Assembly: GCA_965644265.1 (NCBI GenBank)
Contig: OZ286470.1
Span: 37,758,001 to 37,822,000, forward strand
Length of the DNA: 64,000 bases
Direction of reading: 5' to 3'
From: Glycera tridactyla
Lineage: Eukaryota
In this document: positions 45,850-58,690 of the stretch, piece after piece
Numbering within the stretch: position 1 is the stretch's first letter
How the letters are laid out: every line of letters starts with the position of its first letter
Made by a program: the position numbers and the translations under genes
Notes under the pieces: model-generated
Seen by the model: only the letters and a program-made list of their open reading frames with translations
Database searches by the model: none
Told to the model about the DNA's origin: nothing

Positions 45850-48789
45850 TTGCTGACAACTATGTGGACTAAACCTGATGTGTATACTAGTGGTGTAAAT
45901 CTGCTTGAATACTCCATTGAGAATCTTAGTAAGAAGAGAAAAATGGGTTTTGCGGCGCTTAATGTTCGCAGTCTCACAAGAAAATTTGATGAGGTCAAAC
46001 TCCTGTTATCTCGTAGCAACCTGGAATTCTTAGTGCTGTCAGAAACCTTTCTAAATGAATCAATAACTGATAATGAGATTGCGGTGGATGGTTTCCAAAT
46101 TTTCAGATCAGACAGATCAGCCGAATCTGGTAAAAGTGGAGGAGGTGGCCTTTTGGTCTATGCTAATGCAAGCCGTGATGTGCAACCTGTGGAAGACGGG
46201 CACATATGTACCCCCGATATAGAACTTCTTTGGATTAAGCTTAGCCTACCATGTACTCGCCCGACCTTCATCTGTGGTCTATATAGGCCCCCATCCGGAA
46301 ATGTCAAATGTGCCCTCGACACTCTCCAATTATCTATACAGTCCGTTGTTGGGGATGTACGCTCTGATGTCCTAATCTTTGGGGATAGTAACATTAATAT
46401 CTTAATCAAGAATGCTGATTTCAGAGCTTACAAATCCTTCATGTCATGCAATAATCTTACTTGTCTTATTGATCGCCCAACTCGTGTAACACCCACTACT
46501 GCTACCTGTATCGATCATATTTTGGTGAACAACCCTACTCAGTTTTCTTGCTCTGGGCTCCTAGACCCAGGCATTAGCGATCATGCTTTAATTTACACAT
46601 ATAGGCAAAGAATTCCAATTAATAAAGAAAAGGAGATGATCAATTTCCGGAGTTTCCGAAATTTTGATGCTGTGAAATTTCAATCGGATATTCGAGAACT
46701 TGATTTCGACCCCTCTTGCTTTGATGATGTTGATGAATGCGTGGACACTTTTACAAACGAGTTTTGGTCTATCATCGATAAACACATGCCTATTATTTCG
46801 AAACCCCGTCGAATTCAAAATGCTGGCTGGGTGAATAACCATTATATCTCTCTCCTGGATGCTAAAAGCTATTGGGCAACAAAATACCATCGCTGCAAAA
46901 AGCTTGAATATAAATCTAAACGTGATGATCTAATCAAAGAATGCGCCAAATTAAAACGGCAACTTAGACGTGACTTTATTTCCAACAAAATTGAATGTGC
47001 CGGTGATGATGCCAAAAAGCTTTGGCGGACCATCCGTACTTTTTGGCCAAACTCAAAGTCAAATCAAACTATACCAGTAAATATCGATGGACATACCACA
47101 CACCGATCTATAGCCAAACATCTGAACGCCCATTTTTCAACAATTGGTGGCAAACTAGCGGCGGCTTTTATATCAAGACCGAATGAACCCACCCCCAGCA
47201 TGTCAACTTGTCGCCCTCCTGTCTTTGAGCTAAATGAAGTGTCTATTGACACAATCGGCGAAGCTGTGAAAAAGCTAAGCACATCTAATGCATCCGGAGA
47301 CGACGGTATTACCAGCAAAATTATTAGACATGGAGGTGGTGAACTGAATTCAATATTGCTAGGAATAGTCAATTTGAGTATCCGTACGTCTTGTTTCCCA
47401 GATAGTTGGAGGAATGCGACTGTGACTGCCCTCCATAAGGGTGGGTCATCATCGCTGGCTACTAATTTCCGCCCAATATCTGTGCTTGCCTCGCTCAGCA
47501 AGGTCTTGGAACGTGTAGTTCACTTCCAGTGTCATGATTATCTCAATAAATATAATCTCTTATCGAAGGCCCAGTCAGGCTTTAGGAAGAACCACTCCAC
47601 AATTAGCTGTCTCATTGATTTCTGTAACACCATTTATGACAACATGGAAAACGGTTTAGCATCTGGGGTGGTCTTCCTGGACCTGACAAAGGCCTTCGAT
47701 ACAGTTGATCATGGCCTCCTCTTGGATAAACTAAGGTATCTTGGATTTAGAAATTCTGCTGTGAGCTGGTTCCGGTCCTACCTCAGTGACCGGAGACAGC
47801 GTACCAAATTTGGCTCTGTAACCTCTAGCCTTATGGATGTCAGTTTTGGGGTGCCACAGGGGTCCATTCTTGGGCCCCTGCTGTTTGTACTATTTATAAA
47901 TGATATGCCTGACTTTGTTGTTAACTCACAGATTTATATGTATGCGGATGACACTGCTATTCTTGCAACTGGCTCCTCAGAGGAAGAGATTATCTCAAAT
48001 TTACAACCAGATATTATTGCCCTTGAAAACTGGTTCGCTAGAAATCACCTGACACTGAATCGCTCAAAATCTAAATACATGCAATTTGGCACTAGACAGA
48101 AACTATCATGTATCACCTCTAATGCTAACTATATATTAGGTTTTCAAAGATTCTCATCTTTCAAATATTTAGGCGTTAAACTTGACTCTCAATTGTCATT
48201 TACGACATATATTGATAGCATTATAAAAAAGGTAAAATCCAGAACGGGACTAATGTGGCGGGTTCGTAACCATATTGATACGAAGCTGGCTGCCCATTTG
48301 GCTCAATCTTTAGTTCTACCATTGTTCGACTACGCTGATGTCTTATTACTCGGTCTCAATGAACAATTAAAGAATAGACTAAAAGTAGCGTATAACAACT
48401 GTCTCCGTGCAGTCCTCTGCCGTGATGCGCGCACTTCAACAGTGGCACTTTTGGACGAAAGTGGTTTCATCGAACTCGCCAAACGTCGAGAAATGCATAG
48501 TCTCTGCGAGCTCTATAAGATTCTTGGTGGTAAATGCTCATCGCGGCTCAGGGAATTGGCTAATTTGAAATATCAAGATCATATGTCTGCTGCCGAGACT
48601 CGTCATACCAGATCATATAGTATTGACCTCCTCCGCATTCCTAGGACCAGACTCAAATGCGTAGATGGGAATTTCTTTGTGGCCTGTGGCACTATATGGA
48701 ATACCGTTCCTCTCGAAATTCGCCAAGCTCCGTCCATTAACAGTTTTAAATCAATGCTCAAAAAGTGGTATGGCATTGGTAGAGTGTAA
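45850..48789 (+). CDS. LINE ORF2: APE endonuclease plus reverse transcriptase (CR1/L2/Crack-like)
   Basis: NVRSL, LSETFL, YRPP, IDHIL, SDH; FRPISVL, FLDLTKAFDTVDH, GVPQGSILGP, YADD, YLGVKLD. No C-terminal CCHC or RNase H seen. Confidence 0.95.
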   Translation: MLTTMWTKPDVYTSGVNLLEYSIENLSKKRKMGFAALNVRSLTRKFDEVKLLLSRSNLEFLVLSETFLNESITDNEIAVDGFQIFRSDRSAESGKSGGGGLLVYANASRDVQPVEDGHICTPDIELLWIKLSLPCTRPTFICGLYRPPSGNVKCALDTLQLSIQSVVGDVRSDVLIFGDSNINILIKNADFRAYKSFMSCNNLTCLIDRPTRVTPTTATCIDHILVNNPTQFSCSGLLDPGISDHALIYTYRQRIPINKEKEMINFRSFRNFDAVKFQSDIRELDFDPSCFDDVDECVDTFTNEFWSIIDKHMPIISKPRRIQNAGWVNNHYISLLDAKSYWATKYHRCKKLEYKSKRDDLIKECAKLKRQLRRDFISNKIECAGDDAKKLWRTIRTFWPNSKSNQTIPVNIDGHTTHRSIAKHLNAHFSTIGGKLAAAFISRPNEPTPSMSTCRPPVFELNEVSIDTIGEAVKKLSTSNASGDDGITSKIIRHGGGELNSILLGIVNLSIRTSCFPDSWRNATVTALHKGGSSSLATNFRPISVLASLSKVLERVVHFQCHDYLNKYNLLSKAQSGFRKNHSTISCLIDFCNTIYDNMENGLASGVVFLDLTKAFDTVDHGLLLDKLRYLGFRNSAVSWFRSYLSDRRQRTKFGSVTSSLMDVSFGVPQGSILGPLLFVLFINDMPDFVVNSQIYMYADDTAILATGSSEEEIISNLQPDIIALENWFARNHLTLNRSKSKYMQFGTRQKLSCITSNANYILGFQRFSSFKYLGVKLDSQLSFTTYIDSIIKKVKSRTGLMWRVRNHIDTKLAAHLAQSLVLPLFDYADVLLLGLNEQLKNRLKVAYNNCLRAVLCRDARTSTVALLDESGFIELAKRREMHSLCELYKILGGKCSSRLRELANLKYQDHMSAAETRHTRSYSIDLLRIPRTRLKCVDGNFFVACGTIWNTVPLEIRQAPSINSFKSMLKKWYGIGRV

Positions 48790-51644
48790 CCAGGAAATGA
48801 TGTGTCTCCCTCGCCTATGTCCTAGAACTTTTCAGTTTAATGATCTTGCCCTGTATCTTCCATCTACTGTTGATGCCTCTAAAGTGCGTGTTTCCGCAAA
48901 TGTGAGGCCCAACACTGCAGTGGTAGCACGCATACTGTCGCCTACCGCATACACTAGGTGCCAATTATTTCTCTAGTAAGCCTGAATCAGTTGATGATCA
49001 TCTTGCCTATCAATTGGCCTAGGTCAGCCTCTCTTATCATTTGAGCTTGTTTTCCAATATGTGTCGTATCTATGACTTGTATCTGATTATATGTTGTTTT
49101 ATTATGTTTCTCTTGATACTTATCGCCATTAGACACACCAATTGGTGATGCCTAGTGAAACCGCCTATTGTCTCTGAAACTATACCGTTGAAAACCAACT
49201 GTTCGGTGTTTTCTTTGGAACTACCGACAAGTTATCTACAACATTCCCATGTATTATATTTATATGTTTGTTCGCTGCTGGGCACTCTATCTGATGCCCA
49301 ATTGTGGCTTGATTATGATGCCGCTCTGACCTGGTGTATTGTCGTTTGACAAATTTTGTAGCTTATCTTGAATGATTACTTGGTGGCATGGGAAAACTTC
49401 TTCCTCTAACCCGGTAACTACAGAATTTTAATATTTCTCTGTTTTCCGATTTCACACATGTATTTCTAATGCAAACTTGCCAAACCCTGTCCTAAGATGA
49501 TACCGGCTCATTCAACAAATAGTCTGAAGGTCATACTTGGTATAATGTATACATTGATCATGCTGTAGTTGGTATCTGGGTTTCTCTACCTGTGTACCCA
49601 ACACATATGTATAAATACTGTATATTAGTATATCGATTGATATATCGATTGTTATGCTTTTTTGCTTTCCTCTACTCACTTCCTGTTTCCTGTCCTTTAT
49701 TCAGCATTTATCTCAGTGATGATATCGATGTTGTCAGCAAATTTTTGTGTATTTTTCTATCTCCACGCATTATACGTGTATTCTTAATGGGAAATATGGT
49801 CGTCTGTGGCCACCCAGTCTAGAATGAAATAAAGCTTTTCCAAATCCAAATCCATACCATACTAGTACACTTCCAGAGTATGCACATAGTGTCGAAAAAT
49901 AAATAAAACATGTCCCAAGATGACTTTAGATCATCTCAACCAGAAACTCATAAGAATCCGCTCTCTCATTTATTATACATGTAAACTCAAGTCCACGGCA
50001 AGAATGTTGAAAGTTAGAGGACGTATACTGAAGACGACTACATTTGATTTCTGGACATTGAGGGCCCATCTCCTGGAATTCAATGTTCAGAACATGCCAT
50101 GTAACATCAGGAACATGATTGAATTTGTCAGGAAACGGCAATGAAGATAGGATAAGATGGGATGAGACGAGATTACTTCATTCAAATTCACAAACATGCA
50201 GAAGTCACAGAGACATATCTTTTACGACAAGAATACAGCAATCTAATAAAACATGATCAATAGAACAAAACATGAAACATTGCGTTATTATGATGAAGAA
50301 ATTCTGATAAAGTGACGTATCTTATTCACAGTCTAAACTCAAAGCCTCTTTCTTGATACACGATATTGCAATGCAGGACCAATCATCCCTGACAGACAAA
50401 CATTGGAAACGTTGTTATATTCATAAGCTATGTATGAGATGAATCAAGACAATTCAATCATGATAGTGGCAAATACAATATAATATTTACTGTCTGAACC
50501 CCAAACTTAGTGAGAGTATGTTGTGGTCTACTATATCAGAAGTCCTTTTCAGATACAGGAAAAGAGCCTCTACCAATTTAAAGATATGATCTGATCAAAT
50601 CAACGAGCAATTGATTTAGACCATGACTATCAAAATCATCAAATACCTGGTAGTGTACGAGACGTTCTTACACTTTTGCTGAAGTTAGCTGAATGGAAAT
50701 CGGTTTCTACTTCTTGAGATTATTTCTGTCCCTCCTCTTATAGAGGACATTTCCGTAAACTGACTCCCAGTCGTCCGGAAAAGTGCTCATAGAGATGGAT
50801 AGATTGAAAATAAGAGTGGTGTGATCGAACATGACTTCTGGTATAATTCTCAATGTGACAGAAGATATCCATCAGGGCCTGCTCCCGTATATTGCTGACT
50901 GCCAGTTCCTCGTTTCGCACGCAGTGTCCAGCTATTCGGAGGCGGCCAGTCCCAATTTTCCAGGAGACTCGAGAGAGTCCACATTTTTAAGGATGCCTGC
51001 CTTGCGGGCATCCTTCTTCTTACCACTCTCGTTTGGGATTGCAGTTTAGATGACAAAAAAATTGAATAAATTTCAACATTTTTTGGGGGTAGGAGATTGA
51101 AACTACTCCGATTTCCATGAAATCTTGTATGGTTGTTGTGAAAGCCTGTCTGCTTCATATATATCACTTGGATAGCTCTTTATGAGTTTATCTTGAATGA
51201 AAATGGCACCTACTTCCAGAACTTTCTTGTCAGCGCATGATCGATCTTGGCTCGCCATCAGGTTTGACACCGCTAATGATATGAATACTCTATACCTTTT
51301 TCTGTTGATTTCAAACTGATGTTTCATTGCATTATATGTGTATAAGTTTCAGCATTCTAATCATGGAAGCCATTTGAGCATTTGATCGCACCATTTGTTC
51401 CTTCACAGGTGAGATGTACATATTTCGGTTCAGGTTTGGAGAGTGAGACAGCTCTTATATCAACTGTGTACTGGATAAATGAGGCGCCCACGTGTGGATG
51501 GAAATGGAAATGCAGACGACAGATATCAAACTAATGGTTGAACAGATTGCACGAATCAATTCCTCGGCAGCAATTTGTGTTATATCCAAGCATAAACCTC
51601 GAGAATCCATCGAATATTTGCCAAAAACCTTGGGTGGGTGGGTG

Positions 51645-51880
51645 TGTGGGTTGCTGGGAAGTGGAGGATGAGGAGGACGACGACAAGGACGAGGACGACG
51701 AGGACGACAACGACGACGATGACGAGGACTAGTACAACAATGACGACGACCAACCCACCTACCCAACCATCCATGTACCTAAATGTCCCACCTACCTACC
51801 CACCCACCTACCTACCTACTTACCTACCCATCCACCGAAACAACCCACCTACCCACCCACCTACCCACCCACCTACCTCA
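51645..51880. repeat. (GAC/GAG)n and (CCTA/CCCA)n microsatellites
   Basis: Seen directly. Confidence 0.85.
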
Positions 51881-51929
51881 TCTGGCATCCTTTTTTCGGC
51901 CTAAAGGCCTAGTTCCATGATAAATTCAA

Positions 51930-52375
51930 GGCCATTCTGAGCATGTGTGTGTAGTAAGTGTCCAAGCTTCTGAGCCATAAAGCAGGATAGATTCAACTGT
52001 TGCGACGGATAACTCCCTCTTAACGCAATCAGTCATGCCAGACTGCCACATATTCCTAACATGATGGAGAGCCTGCCAAGCTTGGTTTTTCAGTATTGTG
52101 ATGTCTCTCTCTGAAGTCTTGATCTTGACATATTCTTTTATGTTATATACTATCACCTCAGTCTTTTTTTGCATTAAGCCTCAGTCCCACTTTTCTGCAT
52201 TCCTGTTCAACACTCCTGAGCAGCTGTTGTGCCTGCTCGATATTGTCGGATACCAGTGTACTACTGTCTGCAAAGCCTAGATCATTTTGTTTTAGGGGCC
52301 TGGCTCTTCCGCTCTTTCTGGGAGTCACTGTGGAGCCATATTGTTCCTCTTTATCTGAGCAGCGCCTGAGGTTTC
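51930..52375 (-). mobile_element. RTE-like LINE ORF2 fragment
   Basis: NDLGFAD..LVSDNIEQAQQLLRSVEQECRKVGLRLNAKKTEV and VESILLYGSEAWTLT; internally deleted. Confidence 0.78.
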
Positions 52376-52817
52376 TTCAACTCAGACCAGGAGAGATCAA
52401 TGGTAGAGATCTGTGAGGCCTTGAGATTCACCACCACCACCTGTTGAGTCAAGTATTGTAGGTAAATCATAGGTAGAAAATTTTCAGGGATCCATTTCAG
52501 GGATCCATGATTGGAGAAACATTCTAGATCGGAGGCCGACCGGAGATTGATCAGGCTTCCTCAAGTTCTACCGATGTGAGTGGCAGATGCGATCAATTCG
52601 TGAAACTGCAATAATTCACCATATTTTTGCAGTAGAACTGAGGTGAATCCATTACAAAAGCATGCAAACTATCTGGAATCAGGTTTGCTGAGTTCAAAGG
52701 TTCCCAACAATTCAATCTCCTCGTCGACTGATGGTGTTTGGTATGGTACCTTCATCAAGTGGTAAGACTGTACAATGAGTCGTTGCTAGCGTCCAGATGC
52801 AGCTAACAACACTGTGT

Positions 52818-55800
52818 CTACAGTCCTGTGTGAGAAATGTTGTTGCTCATGTTTGAGAAAGAGGCACGGCCTTGATTCGGATATGCTACTTGAAAGACGA
52901 GGACAACATATGTTAACAAAGTGCCGATGATCTGAAATGGAACAATCACAACAATACAATCAATATGATTCTATGTGGAAACAAGGATGAATTTATATTG
53001 GGCTGTAAATGCGCTAGTTTGACAAAGGTCCATACAACAGCTATAGGTTGCCGGTGCAGCTTCTGTACATGAGTTTATGCATTTGACCTCTCAAATCTTG
53101 ATGTTGATAATACATTCGTGAATCAATCACTATATGAGAGAGCAGGAGATGAATCAATCATACCGATTACCCTCGGGATGTGGAAAATGGATTCTGGAAC
53201 TGAACTCAGTTGTCATCCACATCAGCTATTAACCCTTGCCATTATCATGAAAAAGATCGAACACTGACCGAATGCAAGAAAACTGATAAGATTATGTCAA
53301 ATCATATATTTTGTGAGTGAATTGATGTAACCCTGATGGAAAGAGAATGATCCAGATTGAGAAAAAATTGGAGCCTTGAAGTCTCTACTGAAAATCAAAA
53401 TGTTTAGTGAAATTCTGTGGATACATACCGTCACCAGGGCAGGTTTATCCAGATGAAATAGTCCAAGTACAGTATAGACGATCTGGGGCTCTTTCAACTG
53501 GTGAACAAACATCAACACCTGGAAAACATATCACTGTATTTATTCATAGTATTTTCAGTGGGAAGACCCCCTGATCTGGTGAAAGCGAATATCATTTTAT
53601 TCGATCCCTTTCTTTGGAGAATCTCATAAAGCTAAAACCGTCACGATGCACGATTCTCATATTGCTGCTAACAATGTTGGAATTCACCTTGGACACATTT
53701 ATTAAGCCTGGATTATGGGAATGTGAATCGAGTCCAACTGTTTCTAATTATTTCAGTGGTCACAGTGAGCAGAGCTTGAAGTAATGTAACGAGCAGTACT
53801 TTGTCTCTTGTGACACCTACAGTGTCTGCGATTTCATACGTTAGCAACAGTCTTCGATCAACAAGTTACGATTATCATTCAGGGATTCACAGAAAAAAAA
53901 AACAATGCCCTCATGATGTTGTATTCGCAAAATATGTGACTCACTGCACCATCCTCTGAAGAAACAGCGAGATTAGATCTATTCTTCAATTACTTTCTCT
54001 ACTTCCTAATAAATTGAGAAGTGACTCATCTACAGATAAGATGCATTGGATTAGCAATACATTTCGCAAATGTCTTTGAAGTATATTGGAATTCTGTCAA
54101 AGATATATATGGAACCTAATTTGTATATCCTGAGTGTTGGTATCACTCACCTCATTGCTATCACAGTCTGACTGTGATGCCCCTGGATTTGACGTTTTCA
54201 TTCGATACATCAAACTGAGAGGCGCGTGAGCCTGAAATCAGAAGAGGTAGATGCAGTTCGAGTCACACATCCATCTATGTGTTGCATTGAGAAGCATATA
54301 TCATGACTCAAGTGGGCTTTCGATCAGGAAATGCAAACCAGGAATCAATGTCGGTTCCATGCAGACTGACATCCATTATCACACATGTGAGCCGCTAAAT
54401 ATATGACTTACCAAGCAAGATTCCATATCGATGCATTTCCACCCTCCGGTCATAACAAAAATACAATTTGGCTCAGGAGCTCTCATTGAGATGTCTATCT
54501 TTGGTGAAATCCCTCAAGACTACCCAAATTTCAAGACTGAACTAATAATATCGATGGTACAGTGATTGTTAAGGTATACCATTCTCAGTGAATCATAGCA
54601 AGATATCTCTCACTAATCTTTTAACTGTTCAAAATGCAGATTCATTTAGTGATTTATCTATGTCAATATTTTGCTTCAGAGTCTCTCATATTTGTCCTGA
54701 GTTTCATGTCAAATGGAACTCTGATATCAGAGGCGCACTAGATATCAACAACTCCGTGTACATATTCATAACATCATGAACATCGTGCACATGTTTCCAT
54801 GGTTGCAACCCAATATTCCCACAAGATCATATACGCTTTGCGTTGAATGGACAGATGGATGAATGGGTGGATATGGGGGAGAAGAAAAGTGAGTCCCATG
54901 CAGACAGAGAGATAGAGAGTGAGACTGATAGACAGATTGAAAAAGGCGATGAGATAAGAGAAATAGATGAATAAATATAGATAGATAGAGAAAGAGCGAG
55001 AGAGGGACAGAGAGCCCAAGCACAGGTGCCATTCATCACAGGTACAATATTGGGATCATTCTATGCAATGGTCCAGACAAGATATGATGCTGGAGAGTAA
55101 CTCACCCATCTTTGGATAGTGACTGATGCAGTAAACATGAGGAAGAAGAAAGTGGACATAAACAACATCTCAAAGATGATGATGAACTTGGTTGCTGTAT
55201 CCAAAATCAATATAGACATAGCATATGTTGAGAGACAGATGACTGTCATGAACAACAGCACTTGGTTACCAATCACACACAGACTGATCTCATCCACCTT
55301 AGCAACCAAATTTGATAACTGTAGATGCTTCAGTCTTGGCCGCTCAATATCCTGCTTTCTGGCTACTTCATCGCATGATATCTTTTTTAAATGGACCAGC
55401 ACATCCTTGAACTCTTGCACTAGGATGAATGATGCTAGAAGTGTGAATATATTGGATATCATATAATGGGTGGACATGAATACCAAAACAAGGAGAGACA
55501 CTCCAACAGAGATGCGGAAGGCATTCTCAGGCTCCAACCAAGGGTAGGCCATCAATGATATGAGGTCGTCCATTCCTATGTCATAATATAATGCCAAGAT
55601 TACCCATGTAGAATATGTTATTGGGGCTAAAGATACCATGATTATGATGATGCTGACAGAACACTTGATTTCCCTTCTATATTTGGCATAGCTGAAATCA
55701 GAGACATTAGAGAGTTCTTCGATGAAGGGGATGATCTTCCGCCAGGCATAATAATTGTGTAGGGTGATCAATCCACAGTGCATGAATATGAGTGTGATTG

Positions 55801-56047
55801 GAAGTTGAGGTAGTAGGTTGCCCAGATCCATCGGACAAAGGATGATTGAGAACAAACAGCGTGTCATAAACGCCAGAACAAGAAGCATCAGCAGGCAACA
55901 AGCAACACGATGCAGACGTTGTAGCATGGTATGATTTTGTCCTGATCTGTAAACTACTCCACCAAATATTCGCATGAAAACGATCAGAGGATAAAGATCC
56001 TTATATAATAGTCCATCATCCACATCTGTGAATACATCACGCTCCAT
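52818..56047 (-). CDS. Gustatory receptor-like 7TM protein GRL-B2, ~408 aa; coding exons 55106-56047, 54151-54231, 53429-53518, 52818-52931
   Basis: Exon 1 ends TGG|GTGAGT. E2 AHAPLSLMYRMKTSNPGASQSDCDSNE, E3 VLMFVHQLKEPQIVYTVLGLFHLDKPALVT, E4 IIGTLLTYVVLVFQV...stop. Phase-0 introns. Confidence 0.88.
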
Positions 56048-57540
56048 GACACAGCTGTACTTCGGTCGTATTAACAGAGGGGCATTCAAGCAATTCTCAC
56101 TTATGCATCTGTACCGAGCATGGGAAGTGTCATAAACGCATGGGCATGTATGCCATTAGGCAACTGGAAACAGTGTACACTCAAATCAATTTCCTGGCCC
56201 CATTAGTCGATGTGTACATTAGATGTCTCCCATCGCTCCCTGTGTTCCTCCACCATCATGTCAGATGCAATATGGGCATTCATAGCATAGACACCCTTGC
56301 TCACTGAACCATCCAAAATGATTCATGAAAAAACTACCAGGGGTCTACATCGATATTATGGGAAGATGGTTGAATCGGAGATATGGGAGGACTGGACAAT
56401 GGCTTATCTAATTTTGACACTCAAATCCATAAGTCTTTAGGCGAATGAAATGATTAGAACAGATCACCAAGACCTTCCTGGGAGAGAGGTAGGGGGAGAG
56501 AAAGAGAGCGCCAAGCAAGAGAGTGAGAGAAAAAATGGTTCAATTGGTTCGATTGGATCAGTTTTATCTAAGCATCCAATGATAGATACAGATTGCATGA
56601 TCAGTCAAATTTATCAGACTCAACCCTGAATGTCTCTCACCAGAATATACCATTGAAAGATCATGAGAATCAACCTGAAGCACTGAAGCATATATGGGTG
56701 CCCCCCTCCAAGCTAGCTGAGGTCAGTCCTCACCTCAGTCCATATACATTATTACTGATCCCAAGCCTGGACAGATATTACAGGATCATTTATCTCACGA
56801 AAATCCCAGTTTTGCGAGCTCATTTCACTACCCTCCTCACTGCCAGTCACTTGAATGTCACATTCATGCCATGCAGACCGTTCCTCACCGTTGACCAAAC
56901 TCACTCCAGAATGGCAGATTCAACCTAATGGTCGATGCTCATCAAAATTTCTATGACCCCAACCTGCATACAATCAGTCCAACGAGCACTGCACTGCGTG
57001 GCATGAGAGGGACTGTTTGTTTCGAAGTCCATACAGCTGATTTTGACCCAGATCAAGAAGTACAAACCTGGGAGTCAATGAATTGAAGGGATATGTACGT
57101 ATAATTTGAAGATACTCATTGCAGAGAGGTCAGGTTCTCAGGAAGTATCATCTTCGATGATCAATGGTAATCCAGGGACCTGCTCAGAATCCACCTAGAA
57201 CTGCATATCTTAAAAGTAGCGCTTCAGTAGCACTTCAAAAACCAAATGATACAACCAATTATACATCAATATATCGATATGCGCAATAAGTCAAATGAGC
57301 TGAAGTAGGAAAGCAATGGAGTTATGGATACACAGGTCTACTTCAGAGGTTGTAATTTCGAAGAAATTAGATGTCATTCTCAAGTACCAGTGTGAACAAG
57401 CAGCATCGTTATTTCCTGATTGACATTCAGTCGATTTTGGACATACTGATGTTCCACGTATCAATTGTGATCAGATACTGATCGTAAAACGACAGGAATC
57501 TATTCTCATTCAATAAATCAAGATCTTAGACTCTTGATCG

Positions 57541-57680
57541 TTTGGTCGGTTGTGGTTTAACATCACGTCAGCTACATTTTTGCTAGATTGTGACGCCCAT
57601 GGAATGAAATGGGCATGGGTGGATTATTGCAGACTCCTCTCTTCGCGTCACCAACAGAAGGCATAAGGAACTCACAGACA
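57541..57680 (-). mobile_element. SINE-like repeat copy
   Basis: GGTTTAACATCACGTCAGC...TTGTGACGCCCATG, shared with the 60309 copy. Confidence 0.5.
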
Positions 57681-58599
57681 TATAGATCTCAGTTTTGTCC
57701 CAAAATGGAACGTTGGAATGTACTATAAGTGACGGGCATCAATTGTTTACGAATGCCTGGTACTTTTTCATCAAACAGATCCCCAACTGAAAGCAATCTT
57801 CACAAAGAAGCATCATCTGTGCTTAGGGAGCAAGTAGGATTGCAATCTCATTCATGACACATTCAAATTCAGGATCATACAGTCATGAGATGGAAAAGGG
57901 TCTCATTATATGGTTAATGTTATGTAACTCAAAAGGACCGGGTTCCCATTCCATCGATATCACTGTTGACTATGTATACGATGGACTGGTCCGGGATATT
58001 ACATGGGCGAACTAAGGTACTTCCTGTCACCTCAATATTGGCATATTCGTTAACCTTATCTTTGTGGTACATTTGATTCGTTTCCTCATTTCTGATCAGA
58101 ATTTCCTTTTTTGAAGCACTTACATAGTATTTAGACTAGTCTTTCATGACTGACAGTCATAGGCCTGATTAGACTTGATGGACCTCATGATTGTGTATCT
58201 CATGCATCGATTGTACATTTGCGTTGTGCATAAGACCTTAATTGCCTTATGTTGTTGGGATCGCTTGAGATTCTAACATTCATATGTCTCGAAGCCCCAA
58301 GTGGGATAGATGGGGTAGAGTGAGTCAGGGGGGGGGCGGGGAACACTTTAGTCATTGAAAACTGATGCAAACCCAGCCACCCATCGCCCATGTGGCCCCA
58401 TATCATGCCAGATAGAGGGCATCCAGGACTATAATCGAAATTGCTATGATTGGATGATGGTTCAGAGGTGTATCAGTTTCAACATCGGATCCCTATGCTA
58501 AAACTCCGCAAAACAGGAAGGTGGGGGAGGGGGGCAAAAGCCAGCTGCCTGAGCATATGAGATGACAATGAGGAAGTGATGCAGAGGTAGCCATCAATA

Positions 58600-58690
58600 G
58601 TTGGTTCTGTTTTGACATCACATCAGCACAATATGTTGTGACACCATGCAATGGGCATGAGTGGGCCCTATTCCTAGGTCCCCGACAGGA
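58600..58690 (-). mobile_element. SINE-like repeat fragment
   Basis: GTTGGTTCTG...ACATCACATCAGCAC...TTGTGACACCATGCAATGGGCATG. Confidence 0.45.

Larger units (their letters stand above)
38943..49853 (+). mobile_element. CR1/L2-group LINE region (~10.9 kb) with three intact ORFs
   Basis: ORF1, SGNH ORF and ORF2 are all on the + strand. The 3' UTR ends AATAAA-GCTTT-(TCCAAA)n. The 5' boundary, and whether this is one element, are uncertain. Confidence 0.65.

Noticed and set aside
38937-49859. ATACCA target-site duplication for the LINE (38937-38942 / 49854-49859)
   Set aside because: A 6-bp match in AT-rich DNA with an unknown 5' end is too weak; used only as a tentative boundary.
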